In this document: positions 1 to 8,853 of the stretch, one piece after another
Layout: every line of letters begins with the position of its first letter
How positions within the stretch are numbered: the stretch's first letter is position 1
Source: Spirochaetales bacterium
Lineage (GTDB): Bacteria > Spirochaetota > Spirochaetia > DSM-27196 > SLST01
NCBI GenBank assembly: GCA_046538735.1
Contig: JBKHII010000002.1
Location: 23,235 to 87,234 of the forward strand
Length of the DNA stretch: 64,000 nucleotides
Reading direction: 5' to 3'
The notes under the pieces: model-generated
The model's input: only the letters and a program-made list of their open reading frames with translations
Database searches by the model: none
What the model was told of the DNA's origin: nothing
Made by a program: the position numbers and the translations under genes

Positions 1-3
1 ATC

Positions 4-852
4 GTGGCCGCGAGCGGCGAGACCCTCGTCTTCAGCTACGGCAAAGAGTCGATCGAACCGATGTACTGCTGCACGGTGGGCGGCACCGAGCGACTGGTCA
101 CGCTGACCGGCTATCGCGCGTCCGAGCTGCGGACGAGCGACCCGGAGGAAGCGTTCGGCTTCATTCGGGCCGCCGTCGATGCGGGGCGAGGGCTCTTCGT
201 CGCCGGCCCGGAGGCAGGACTCTGCTACGGATACGAGGACGGAGGCGAACCGCTCGAGCGGATCGTCCATGGGGCGTCGCCGTCCGGCGGTCCGGCGATC
301 AACGGAGCCGTCCCGTGGGAGCCGTTCTCGCGCTTCGTACGCGCATTCGGCGAGGCCGAAGGCTACGCCTACGTTGAACGCGTGTCGGGACCGGAGTCCG
401 CCGAGCACATCGTCGATCTGCTCGCGGAGACCGTCGTGACGTGGCAGGACCACCATCCGGGCGCCGATCTCGGGCAGCGACAGGAGTGCTACGGAGTTGC
501 GGCATTCAGGCGCTTCGTTGAGGACGTGCGGGACCCTGAGAGGCGGAGCAAGATCGACGATGCGTACACGAGGTGCCATCTTATCGAGTTCCAGATCGGC
601 GGCCGCTACTGGCTCGGCCACTACCTGGAACGTCTGGCGTCCGCCTGCGCGGAGCCGGTACGCGAGCGGGTTGCCGAGATCGGCGCGAGGTACGTGGACA
701 CCGCGATGCTTCTCTCCCGGTTCAAGGAATCCAAGGTGAGCCACTCGAACGGCGAGCGGCGCGTTCAGGAGGCGGTTCTCACGCTCGAGCAGGCGTGCGA
801 GACCGAAGCGCGGATCGTGGATGGTTTTGCTTCGCTGCGCGGAATCGTCTGA
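4..852 (+). CDS. hypothetical protein, possibly 5'-truncated by the window edge
   Basis: 282-aa ORF with strong G/C third-position bias. The frame is open from nt 1 and the first codon is GTG. No family recognised from the sequence. Confidence 0.5.
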   Translation: MAASGETLVFSYGKESIEPMYCCTVGGTERLVTLTGYRASELRTSDPEEAFGFIRAAVDAGRGLFVAGPEAGLCYGYEDGGEPLERIVHGASPSGGPAINGAVPWEPFSRFVRAFGEAEGYAYVERVSGPESAEHIVDLLAETVVTWQDHHPGADLGQRQECYGVAAFRRFVEDVRDPERRSKIDDAYTRCHLIEFQIGGRYWLGHYLERLASACAEPVRERVAEIGARYVDTAMLLSRFKESKVSHSNGERRVQEAVLTLEQACETEARIVDGFASLRGIV

Positions 853-946
853 GCCGGCGCGAAGTCGTGGCCGGTATGAGTGACCGCGGACCGCCGCGGT
901 TGAGCTCGGCCACGGCCTGCGCCACCACCCGACGCGCCGCGACTGC

Positions 947-975
947 TTGACGAACGCGATCCTCCGAGGTACTCT
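947..975 (+). promoter_or_regulatory. candidate sigma70-type promoter (TTGACG-17-TACTCT) for the membrane protein/wHTH/ABC operon
   Basis: TTGACG at 947-952, a 17-nt spacer, then TACTCT at 970-975. It lies about 40 nt upstream of the ATG at 1017, which has a GGAGGG Shine-Dalgarno. Confidence 0.3.
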
Positions 976-1016
976 CTTCTCAAGGTTTGCAAAGCAGACC
1001 AGTTTGCGGAGGGTCA

Positions 1017-1667
1017 ATGACAAACAACGGCATCGAAACCATGCAACGACGAGGGCAGGCGTACTGGTACGAGGACGGTATCTGGGAGCTCGTCCTCGGT
1101 GTCCTCTTCGCAGCGTACGCCGTCTACTACGGCGTCGTCGGATTGCTGCCGGAGGACAACACGGTCGGCCGGATCCTCACCGTGGGGTACATCGCGATCA
1201 TTCCCGGCGGGATGCTGCTCGCGTCGCGAATCGTGGCGAGGCTCAAGAGCCGGATCAGCGCTCCGCGAACGGGATACGTCTCGTTCCGGAGATCGCCCCG
1301 ACGCTGGGTGCGATCTGCCGCGGTCGCAGCGGCCGCAGCGATCGTCTCGGTTGTTGGGTTCCTCCTCGTGGATCTGGTCTACGTACCGGTGCTGGTCGGC
1401 GGCGCCGGACTGGCGGTCGCGCTCGGCTGGGTCGGAGTGCGACTCGGACTCGTACGAATCGTGGTTGTCGGTGCGATCTCGGCGGTGTTCGCCGTCGCGC
1501 TGAGCCTCGTGACGGACGACCCGGAGGTCGCGTTCTCGACGCTCTTCGGTGCGACGGGTGTCGCGAGCGCGATCGCGGGCGCGGGCGCGCTGGTGCGCTA
1601 CCTGCGAGAACATCCCCGCCCGGCGGAGGGCGAGCCCGCCTCCGAAGACGGGAGGAAAGAGGAATGA
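1017..1667 (+). CDS. integral membrane protein, family not recognised
   Basis: ATG at 1017 follows GGAGGG. The translation has several long hydrophobic segments (LVLGVLFAAYAVYYGVVGLL, AAAAAIVSVVGFLLVDLVYVPVLVGGAGLAVALGWV). Its stop overlaps the next gene's start (ATGA at 1664). Confidence 0.6.
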   Translation: MTNNGIETMQRRGQAYWYEDGIWELVLGVLFAAYAVYYGVVGLLPEDNTVGRILTVGYIAIIPGGMLLASRIVARLKSRISAPRTGYVSFRRSPRRWVRSAAVAAAAAIVSVVGFLLVDLVYVPVLVGGAGLAVALGWVGVRLGLVRIVVVGAISAVFAVALSLVTDDPEVAFSTLFGATGVASAIAGAGALVRYLREHPRPAEGEPASEDGRKEE

Positions 1668-2014
1668 AGAGGCGCGAGCGCGAGCGAGCGAAGGCTCCGG
1701 GCGAGGAACGTCCGTCGGTCGCGAGCGTGGACCGCATCATCCACGAGCCGGCGAGACTGATGATCTGCGCCCTCCTCTCGGGCGTGGATCGCGCCGACTT
1801 CCTCTTCGTCCAGCGGGAAACGGAGCTCACGAAGGGGAACCTCTCGTCGCATCTCAGCAAGTTGGAAGATGCAGGGTACGTGGAGGTCACCAAGACGTAC
1901 GAGGGCAAGCGCCCGCTCACACTCGTCACGCTCACGGACGCGGGGCGGGTAGCCTTCGCGGAGTACCGAGCGCTCATGGGCAGTTTCATGGACGGAATCG
2001 GAGGAGCAACATGA
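1664..2014 (+). CDS. winged-helix (ArsR/MarR-like) transcriptional regulator
   Basis: 116 aa containing IIHEPARLMICALLS...TELTKGNLSSHLSKLEDAGYVEV...LTDAGRVAF, a typical wHTH layout. ATGA overlaps on both sides place it in an operon with the ABC exporter. Confidence 0.75.
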   Translation: MKRRERERAKAPGEERPSVASVDRIIHEPARLMICALLSGVDRADFLFVQRETELTKGNLSSHLSKLEDAGYVEVTKTYEGKRPLTLVTLTDAGRVAFAEYRALMGSFMDGIGGAT

Positions 2015-2970
2015 CATACGCGATCAAGACTCACGGACTGAACAAGACGTTCGGCTCGCTGCGGGCGGTGGACGGCCTGAACCTCGGCGTGAAGCCGGCC
2101 GGTATCTACGGGTTTCTCGGACCGAACGGCGCGGGAAAGACGACGACAATCAGGCTCCTGCTCGGACTCGTGACGCCCGATTCCGGGGATGCGGAGGTAT
2201 TCGGGATCGACGTGCGACACGACGCGGACTCCGTCCGCGCGCAGTGCGGTGCGCTCCTCGAGCACGACGGGCTGTACGAGCGGTTGAGCGCGGAGACGAA
2301 CCTCGACCTCGCCGGCCGCATCTGGAAGATGGACCGTGACGAGCGCGCTGCGCGGACGGGCGAGCTCCTGGATCGCCTCGGTCTCTCGGAGCGAAAGACC
2401 GATCCGGTCGGCGACTGGAGCCGAGGTATGAAGCGCAAGCTCGCCGTCGCGCGCGCTCTCTACCATCGGCCCCGCCTCGCGTTCCTGGACGAGCCCACGT
2501 CCGGCCTCGATCCGGTCGCCTCCGCCGCGCTCGTCCGAGATCTGCGAGAGCTCGTGAGCAAGGACGAAACCACGGTGTTCCTGACGACGCACAACCTCGG
2601 CGAAGCGGAGAAGCTCTGCGACGTGATCGGAGTGCTCCGCGACGGACGTCTCGTGGCCGAGGGAACGCCGGACGAGATCCGCGGTCTCGCGGGCGGACGA
2701 CGGGTGGAGGTCGTGGCCCCGCATCCGAGCGATTCCGAACGACGGCGCGCGATCGCGGACGAGCTTGCGACACTCGCCGGCGTGCGCGAGGTCAGAACAG
2801 AGCGCGCCGGCTTCACGATCACGTTGGATCAGAACACGCCCGCTGCACCGATCGTGAAGCTCCTGGTGTCGCGGGGCGTGGACATTGAAGAAGTACGCAA
2901 GGGGACCGCGAGCCTGGAGGAAGCGTTTCTGGCGCTCGTTGAGCCTGAAGGAGGAGAGGATGTTGCGTGA
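2011..2970 (+). CDS. ABC transporter ATP-binding protein (ABC-2/DrrA-like exporter)
   Basis: Walker A GPNGAGKTT, signature-like SRGMKRKL, Walker B LAFLDEPTSGLD, H-loop TTHNL. Confidence 0.9.
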   Translation: MTYAIKTHGLNKTFGSLRAVDGLNLGVKPAGIYGFLGPNGAGKTTTIRLLLGLVTPDSGDAEVFGIDVRHDADSVRAQCGALLEHDGLYERLSAETNLDLAGRIWKMDRDERAARTGELLDRLGLSERKTDPVGDWSRGMKRKLAVARALYHRPRLAFLDEPTSGLDPVASAALVRDLRELVSKDETTVFLTTHNLGEAEKLCDVIGVLRDGRLVAEGTPDEIRGLAGGRRVEVVAPHPSDSERRRAIADELATLAGVREVRTERAGFTITLDQNTPAAPIVKLLVSRGVDIEEVRKGTASLEEAFLALVEPEGGEDVA

Positions 2971-3685
2971 CATTGGAACCATTATCTGGAAAGACCTCGG
3001 CGAGTGGCTCGGCGCTTCGGGCAAGCGTTCGAAGGTCACGCTGGCCGTATTCTGCCTCGTCTTCGGTGTCGTCATGCCGCTCGAGTGGGGAACGGAGTGG
3101 GTCTCGTCCCCCGTCTCGCTCTTCTCGTGGGCGTGGCTCCCCTTTCTGCTCGTCACCTCGTCGATCGCGGATGCGATCGCCGGCGAGCGGGAACGACATA
3201 CGCTGGAGACGCTCCTCGCGACACGCCTCTCGGACGACGCAATCCTCCTCGGGAAGATGGCCGCGGCCGTCGTCTACGCGGTTGGTCAGTTGTGGATCGT
3301 CGCGCTCGTCGCGGCGGTCACGGTGAACGTCGCACACTGGGAGGGCGCGGTAGCGTTCTACGCGCCGCCGATCCTGGCCGGACTCATCGCCTTTCCGCTG
3401 CTCGTGGCCGGACTGGCGGCCGGAATCGGGACGCTCGTCTCGATGAGGGCACCAACCGCCAGGGCGGCCCAGCAGTCGCTGACGATCGCGATGTTCGTCT
3501 TCGTACTGCCGCTGTTCGCGGTCGGCTTTCTGCCCGACTCGATCACGGCAGGGCTCAACGCGCTCGTGTCCGGGGCGAACCTCGCGGCTCTTCCCGTTGC
3601 GCTCGCGGGCGTTCTTGCCGCGACGGATGCGGTACTCGTGGCGATCGCGAGACGCCGGTTCAGCCGGGCGCGGCTGGCCCTGTGA
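2960..3685 (+). CDS. ABC-2 family transporter permease
   Basis: ATG at 2960 overlaps the ATPase gene's 3' end. Multi-pass hydrophobic protein carrying the GERERHTLETLLATRLS loop motif typical of ABC-2 permeases. Confidence 0.75.
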   Translation: MLRDIGTIIWKDLGEWLGASGKRSKVTLAVFCLVFGVVMPLEWGTEWVSSPVSLFSWAWLPFLLVTSSIADAIAGERERHTLETLLATRLSDDAILLGKMAAAVVYAVGQLWIVALVAAVTVNVAHWEGAVAFYAPPILAGLIAFPLLVAGLAAGIGTLVSMRAPTARAAQQSLTIAMFVFVLPLFAVGFLPDSITAGLNALVSGANLAALPVALAGVLAATDAVLVAIARRRFSRARLAL

Positions 3686-3729
3686 TAGAACCAGGTTTTC
3701 GCCGACGACAGCCACACCTCGTGGCAGCC

Positions 3730-4010
3730 TGATTCAAACGCGATGTCAACGCGTGTTGATCTCCCCCGAATGGAGCGACTTCTCGATCAGCAGGACGCGA
3801 AGCTTCGTGGGCTACTTGCGCGGGCGGTTCGATCGCAACGCAGTGATCGTGGAGACCGGCTACCCGTGGACGGCGCGATCGAGCCGGCCTACGGCGACCC
3901 GCTCGCCGTGGACGCCGCCGGTGACGCCTTCTCCGGCGATTCGTCCCTCGATCTCGTGAGCCTCCATGCGTACCTCGAACCAGACTATGTCAATGTCGCG
4001 GTCTCCGCGG
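3730..4010 (+). pseudogene. possible relic of a clan GH-A (GH53-like) glycoside hydrolase C-terminus
   Basis: One frame reads ...ISPEWSDF...GYLRGRFDRNAVIVETGYPWT. This resembles the nucleophile-Glu strand of GH53 galactanases. After a frame change, ...SLHAYLEPDYV resembles the GvFYWEPaW strand. No start codon, no N-terminal half, and at least one frameshift. Confidence 0.3.
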
Positions 4011-4132
4011 TATCGGTCGGTCCCGGCCGCGCACGGAGCGGCGGACATCTTCGACCCGACTCATCCTCCCGAGCGATGGAGCACCGGGACGACGCTTTCG
4101 GAGTTCTACGAGATTCGGTAGACGTGCGTCGG

Positions 4133-5809
4133 CTACCGGCGAGCCGTTGCTTTCTGTGAGAGGAAGAGGTCGAACTCCGCCGGTGGAACCGCGGGCCCGA
4201 AGTAGTCTCCCTGGAGCAAATCGAAGCCCAGCCTGACCGCATCGCGGGCTTCCTCCGGGCTCTCCACGCCTTCCAGAACGATGATCTTGGAGAGGCTCTT
4301 CATTGCCGCGATCATGTGACCCAGGAAGGAGTGCCCGGTATCCGGGTCGGCGAGGTCGGCGGTGAACGACTGATCGAGTTTGAGGATGCGGGCGGGAAGG
4401 TTCCTCAGGTACGAGAGCGACGATTGACCGGTCCCGAAGTCGTCGATCAGGACGTCGACCCCGGCCGTCTGAAGAGTCTCGATCCGCTCGATCGCAGCCT
4501 CCGGATCGGCCATCGACTCGCTCTCCGTGATCTCCAGCTTGAGCTGTGAGGGCTCGATCCCGGAGCGGGTCATCGCCCGCTTCACGCTCTCGAGCATGTG
4601 GCGGTCCAGGAACTCGCCGGCCGTCATGTTCACGGTCACGAAAAAGTCGCGATCGCGCGACCACCGCTTGACCTGATTGCATGCCTCAAAGAGGACCCAT
4701 CGTCCGATTGAAACCATGAGCTCCGACTCCACGGCAATCGGAATGACCTCGTTCGGCATGAGCAGACCCCGATCGGGATGGTGCCACCGCAGGAGCGCTT
4801 CGGCCCCGATCGCCGTCCCCTTCGTGTTCACGATCGGTTGGAAGTTGAGCTGAAACTGGCCGTCCTTGACCGCCGATCCGAGCTCGGCCCCGAGCGCCAG
4901 CCGAGCCTGAATCGCCCGGTGCAACTCAGAGTCGAAGAACACGTAGGGGGCACGGCGTTGCCTCGCATCGGACATCGCAACGTGCGCGTTCCGCACGAGC
5001 TCTTCCCGGGTCTTCCCGTCGTTCGGGAAAATCGCGATGCCTATTCGAGCCCCTACTGCGAGCGTCGCGCCGCCGTACTGGTACGGGAGCGTGATCTCGT
5101 GGAGTATCCTCGTCGCGGTCGTGGCGAGCTCGACCCGGTCCCGGATCGTGGTGATGAGGACCGCGAGCTCGTTGCCGTCCGAACGGAAGGCATAGTCGCC
5201 GCTCTCGAGACACCTCGCGACACGCAGCCCCGTGTTCTCCAGTAGAAGGTCGCCCGTTTGATGACCGTAGAGGTCGATGATCTGGCTAAGATTGTCCACG
5301 AATATGAACATCACGGCTCGCGGCGAGCTATCGGTGCGGCGGGCCTGCTCGAGCTCCTTATCCACGATGATCTCCATCGATCTCCGGTTGAACAAGCCGG
5401 TCGTGGAATCGCGGAGCTCGTAGTTGGTCAGTTTCTCCTCGACCTGACTCAGTCGCGTGATGTCGTGCGAGAAGACGAGCACATGGGTCGTCATACCGTC
5501 CCGCATGTACGGAAAGAACGAGACGTGGATACTCCGCTCGATCTCACCGAAGGTGAACCTGTCCACGTAGTTCACTTGCTCGCCACCGAAGCAGCGGTCG
5601 AGATTCGGTCGGATAGCGGAGTCGAACCGGTCGTAACCCCACACCTCGGCAACGGTGTGACCCACGACCTGTTCGCGTGATCGACCGATCTGCCGGCAGT
5701 ACGCGTCGTTGGCGATCTCGTAGACGTAGTCCCGGTTGATGAGCGTGATGTAGTCGCTCGATCGGTTTACGATCTCCTCGTACGCGTTCACGTCTGTACT
5801 ATACTTCAT
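4133..5809 (-). CDS. PAS - degenerate GGDEF - EAL c-di-GMP phosphodiesterase
   Basis: PAS-like N-terminus. GGDEF fold (LFNRRSME...) with DGNEL in place of GGDEF. EAL domain has all motifs (EALLRW, KLEITE, DDFGTGQSSLSYL, KLDQSF, EGVES, QG). Start taken at MKYS (5809); an upstream ATG at 5941 is also possible. Confidence 0.9.
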   Translation of the reverse strand: MKYSTDVNAYEEIVNRSSDYITLINRDYVYEIANDAYCRQIGRSREQVVGHTVAEVWGYDRFDSAIRPNLDRCFGGEQVNYVDRFTFGEIERSIHVSFFPYMRDGMTTHVLVFSHDITRLSQVEEKLTNYELRDSTTGLFNRRSMEIIVDKELEQARRTDSSPRAVMFIFVDNLSQIIDLYGHQTGDLLLENTGLRVARCLESGDYAFRSDGNELAVLITTIRDRVELATTATRILHEITLPYQYGGATLAVGARIGIAIFPNDGKTREELVRNAHVAMSDARQRRAPYVFFDSELHRAIQARLALGAELGSAVKDGQFQLNFQPIVNTKGTAIGAEALLRWHHPDRGLLMPNEVIPIAVESELMVSIGRWVLFEACNQVKRWSRDRDFFVTVNMTAGEFLDRHMLESVKRAMTRSGIEPSQLKLEITESESMADPEAAIERIETLQTAGVDVLIDDFGTGQSSLSYLRNLPARILKLDQSFTADLADPDTGHSFLGHMIAAMKSLSKIIVLEGVESPEEARDAVRLGFDLLQGDYFGPAVPPAEFDLFLSQKATARR

Positions 5810-5961
5810 GAGTCCGAATTGGGCCACGGAGGTTTCTTCCGGTGCCTGCCGGTGGAACAACGCTCGATCCGCTCTCACTACCGTGATAACGGACTTGTTC
5901 CGATGCAGAATTGAAAATCGCCGACTCTCCGACACTCTCATTTCGAACGGGAGGCGGGTTC

Positions 5962-6235
5962 ATGGCGAAACGAGTCGTTCTGTCGGGATTGGTCGTCCTC
6001 TTGCTCTCGCTCGCGGTTGGATACCGGCTTGACGGCCACGATACAGCCACGGAACGCCACGAATCGAGGCGTGATCTGGATATCCGGCGATCAGCGCGTG
6101 GCCGGCATGGTTGAGAACGCTGGGGGGCCTCAACGGAGACGTCACCTCGTGGGTTCCGGAGGTCCGACCTGCAAGCTTCCTGACATTTTCGAACGGCCCG
6201 CGGCGTGGCGAGCATGCGAGCGCCGCGCAGGTGCT
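5962..6235 (+). pseudogene. relic of a Big_2 (bacterial Ig-like) surface protein
   Basis: GGGAGG-N7-ATG at 5962 opens a signal anchor (MAKRVVLSGLVVLLLSLAVGY). The +1 frame then reads LTATIQPRNATNRGVIWISGDQRVAGMVENAGG, which closely matches the Big_2 core pattern LtAtv.P.nAtn..v.W.Ss...vA.V...G. The domain lacks its first strands, is frameshifted, and runs into the 3' end of the convergent prenyltransferase gene. Confidence 0.4.
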
Positions 6236-7162
6236 TCAGCTCACCGCGAGCGCCCCTGCATAGGCGATCGTAAAGACCGCAACGACGCGGATGATCGCGA
6301 CCATGTTCGGATGCTTCGTCGCGTGGCTGAATCCTCGCCGGTGCATCCCCACGAACAGAATCGTCGTTGCAACCGCGCCGGCACCCACGAACGTCGCCCC
6401 CACGGGCGGGAGCGCCGGCACGAGCGAGTCCGGCGGTATCAGTCCGGCATACCGACCGAGCGTCATGGAGAAGAGCAGGAGATACGCCGCGGCGCAGAGG
6501 ACGTCCATGACCACGACCGCCGCCGGTTTACCGAGCACGATCGAGAGCGTTCGCCTGCCGGCCGCCCGGTCGCCCTCGAGATCGCACGTATTGTTCACGG
6601 TCAGGACGAGCGCGATGACGAGCGTGCTCGGGACCGAGGCGACCACGCCCCCCACCGTCACCTCGCCGGTGTGAACGGCGACCACCACGAGGAAGAGTAC
6701 CGTGCCGAGGAACCCTCCGGCGAAGAGCTCCCCGAGCGGCGTGCGCGAGATCGGGAGCGGCCCGCCGTTGTAGAGAAAGCCCACCGCCATGCTGAGGATT
6801 CCCGCCGGCACGATCCACCAGGTGGAGATCGCAGCGACGGCGATCCCGGCCGCCGCTCCAAACACGTAGAGGCCCACGGAGACGAGGAAGGCGTGCGCGG
6901 GTGCCACCCCCTCGTGGACGAGCACCTTGCCCGGCTCCACGGTCAACACCGGCGAGTCCACGCCCCGGACGTAGTCGTAGAAGGTGTTGAAGGCGGTCGT
7001 CCCCATATCCACGCAGAGCACCGCCACGCCGAGCAGCGCGGCGTGGAGCCATGAGACATCGTGGCCGGCAGCGAGCGTGTACAGCGTCGCGAGCACGTAC
7101 GTGGAGACGCTGATCACCTTCGTTCGAATCTCAACGACCTCGAGAAACTGCCGCACGGTCAC
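6236..7162 (-). CDS. UbiA-family prenyltransferase, MenA-like
   Basis: Polytopic membrane protein with Asp-rich motifs NTFYDYVRGVD and NNTCDLEGDRAAGRRTLSIVLG, resembling MenA NNxRDxxxDxxxGkxTL. Start taken at GTG 7162; the ORF stays open up to 7234. Confidence 0.8.
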   Translation of the reverse strand: MTVRQFLEVVEIRTKVISVSTYVLATLYTLAAGHDVSWLHAALLGVAVLCVDMGTTAFNTFYDYVRGVDSPVLTVEPGKVLVHEGVAPAHAFLVSVGLYVFGAAAGIAVAAISTWWIVPAGILSMAVGFLYNGGPLPISRTPLGELFAGGFLGTVLFLVVVAVHTGEVTVGGVVASVPSTLVIALVLTVNNTCDLEGDRAAGRRTLSIVLGKPAAVVVMDVLCAAAYLLLFSMTLGRYAGLIPPDSLVPALPPVGATFVGAGAVATTILFVGMHRRGFSHATKHPNMVAIIRVVAVFTIAYAGALAVS

Positions 7163-7290
7163 GCACAAAGACTGCCCCGACTCCGCCGGGCGTGTCCAGA
7201 CCGCGACCTCCGGTCGGCCCGCTGATCGCGGCACCGTCGCCCCTGGCGTACCGGCTTCACCGGGCGTCCGTCGTGTCGTACAATCCCCAC

Positions 7291-8040
7291 ATGCCGATCC
7301 ACGAGTCGAGCGGCCCGATCAGAATCGTCTACTCGGACGACGACCTCGTCGTCGTCGACAAGCCGCCGGCGATGCTGACGCACGCGAACAGCTACGACCG
7401 CGGGAGCCCGACCGTCGTGATGGTCCTCGGAAGCCGCCTGGGGCAGTCAATCCACAACGTCCACCGCCTCGACCGGATGACGACCGGCGCGATGGTCCTC
7501 GCCCGCACGCGCGCGGCCGCGAGCGAGCTCTCTCGGCAGTTCCGGGAACGGGAGGTCGAGAAACGCTACCTCGCGATCGTCCGCGGCCACCTGGACGACG
7601 AAGGGACGATCGAGACGCCGATCGCGCACGCCACGCGCGACGAGGAGCGCCACGCGAGCACCGACTACCGGACGATCGTGCGAGGCAAGGTGCGCGAGCC
7701 GATCGGCCGCTACGGCGAGGGTTGGTTCAGCCTCGTGGAAGCGCGGCTGCACACCGGCCGCACGCACCAGGCGCGCAGACACCTGCACCGCGTCAACCAC
7801 CCGGTCATCGGCGACAACAAGCACGGCGACAAAACGTACAATCGCTGGGCGTGGGCGCGCGTCGGCGAGAAGCACCTCTTCCTGCGCGCGCGGATGCTCA
7901 CCTTCCGCCACCCGGCGGACGGGTCACCGGTGACCGTGCGTCTCGGCGTGCCGGACGTCTGGCTCGAGCTCGCCGCTCTTGTGGGCATCGAGATACCGGA
8001 CGAATACCAACGTGACGAGGTCCTCAGAGAGCCGGATTAG
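7291..8040 (+). CDS. truC: RluA-family pseudouridine synthase, TruC-like (no S4 domain)
   Basis: IRIVYSDDDLVVVDKPPAML, catalytic HRLDRMTTGAMVLA, KRYLAIVRG, GRTHQARRHL...HPVIGDNKHGD. Length and motif order resemble E. coli TruC. Confidence 0.8.
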   Translation: MPIHESSGPIRIVYSDDDLVVVDKPPAMLTHANSYDRGSPTVVMVLGSRLGQSIHNVHRLDRMTTGAMVLARTRAAASELSRQFREREVEKRYLAIVRGHLDDEGTIETPIAHATRDEERHASTDYRTIVRGKVREPIGRYGEGWFSLVEARLHTGRTHQARRHLHRVNHPVIGDNKHGDKTYNRWAWARVGEKHLFLRARMLTFRHPADGSPVTVRLGVPDVWLELAALVGIEIPDEYQRDEVLREPD

Positions 8041-8063
8041 GTCGACGGTTCACTCGCCGTTTG

Positions 8064-8570
8064 TCACGAACCTTGCTGCTCGGGCGTTCCGGTGGGCTGT
8101 TCGGCGTGTGCGGCGCTCTGCTGCGACGCCTCGGCCTGGTACCCCTGCGCGATCTGCTGCGGACCGCCGCCGAGCGTCTTCACGCTCCTGCGCCGCGAGA
8201 TCCACACGGCCCAGAGGAGCACGACCGCCGTGGTCGCGATAATCCCCGGCACGATCACGATCCACAGCATCTGGGCCGTGAACTCGCCGGTCACGAGCGA
8301 ATACCAAAGCACGCCGGTCTGGACCGTGGTCGCCAAGGCGATGATCCCGAGCAGCGGATTCGTGTCGCGCCGCCGGAACGCGATAAGCGCGAGCCCGAAG
8401 CCCTGCACGGAGACGAGGCTCGCGCCGAGGCTTCGCAACCAGGCGAGGTTCGCCGCTTCCGCCTGAGAGAAGGAGACGAAACCGCCCGGCACGAGCAGCA
8501 ACAGGCCTCCGAGCACCAAGGACAGCAACGCGAGGAGGACGAGCACGAACTTCACCATCGACTCTTGCAT
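8064..8570 (-). CDS. membrane protein with a Gln/Ala-rich C-terminal tail
   Basis: Four predicted hydrophobic helices. Start ambiguous (GTG 8585, ATG 8570 or ATG 8558). No family recognised. Confidence 0.55.
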   Translation of the reverse strand: MQESMVKFVLVLLALLSLVLGGLLLLVPGGFVSFSQAEAANLAWLRSLGASLVSVQGFGLALIAFRRRDTNPLLGIIALATTVQTGVLWYSLVTGEFTAQMLWIVIVPGIIATTAVVLLWAVWISRRRSVKTLGGGPQQIAQGYQAEASQQSAAHAEQPTGTPEQQGS

Positions 8571-8742
8571 GCCTAGAGAATACACCTGTGGCGCCGCAGA
8601 GGGAACCGAACCGCGGCCGCGCTCGGGGACGGTCGACAGGGCGTGCAGGCGCGGCGGCGGCCTCGGCCGTCCGCCGACATACGGGGAGCGCCCCTACCCG
8701 TTCTCGTGCATGCTCGCTACCTTTGAGATCGGAGGCACCACC

Positions 8743-8853
8743 ATGGGACGAGGCGACCGAAAGAGCAGGAAAGGCAAGATCTGGCGAGGCAGCTACGGCA
8801 AGCGCCGCCCGAAGAGCAAGCGCGTCCACGAACGCAACAAGGGCTCGTTCTAG
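8743..8853 (+). CDS. 30S ribosomal protein Thx (bTHX)
   Basis: 36-aa peptide MGRGDRKSRKGKIWRGSYGKRRPKSK..., nearly colinear with Thermus Thx ([26 protein letters not shown]). GGAGG lies 8 nt upstream of the ATG. Confidence 0.8.
   Translation: MGRGDRKSRKGKIWRGSYGKRRPKSKRVHERNKGSF

Noticed and set aside
6017-7054. 345-aa plus-strand ORF overlapping the prenyltransferase gene.
   Set aside because: Only its first ~35 codons (the Big_2-like fragment) look like coding sequence. The remainder is an Arg/Asp/His-rich antisense shadow of the UbiA-family gene.
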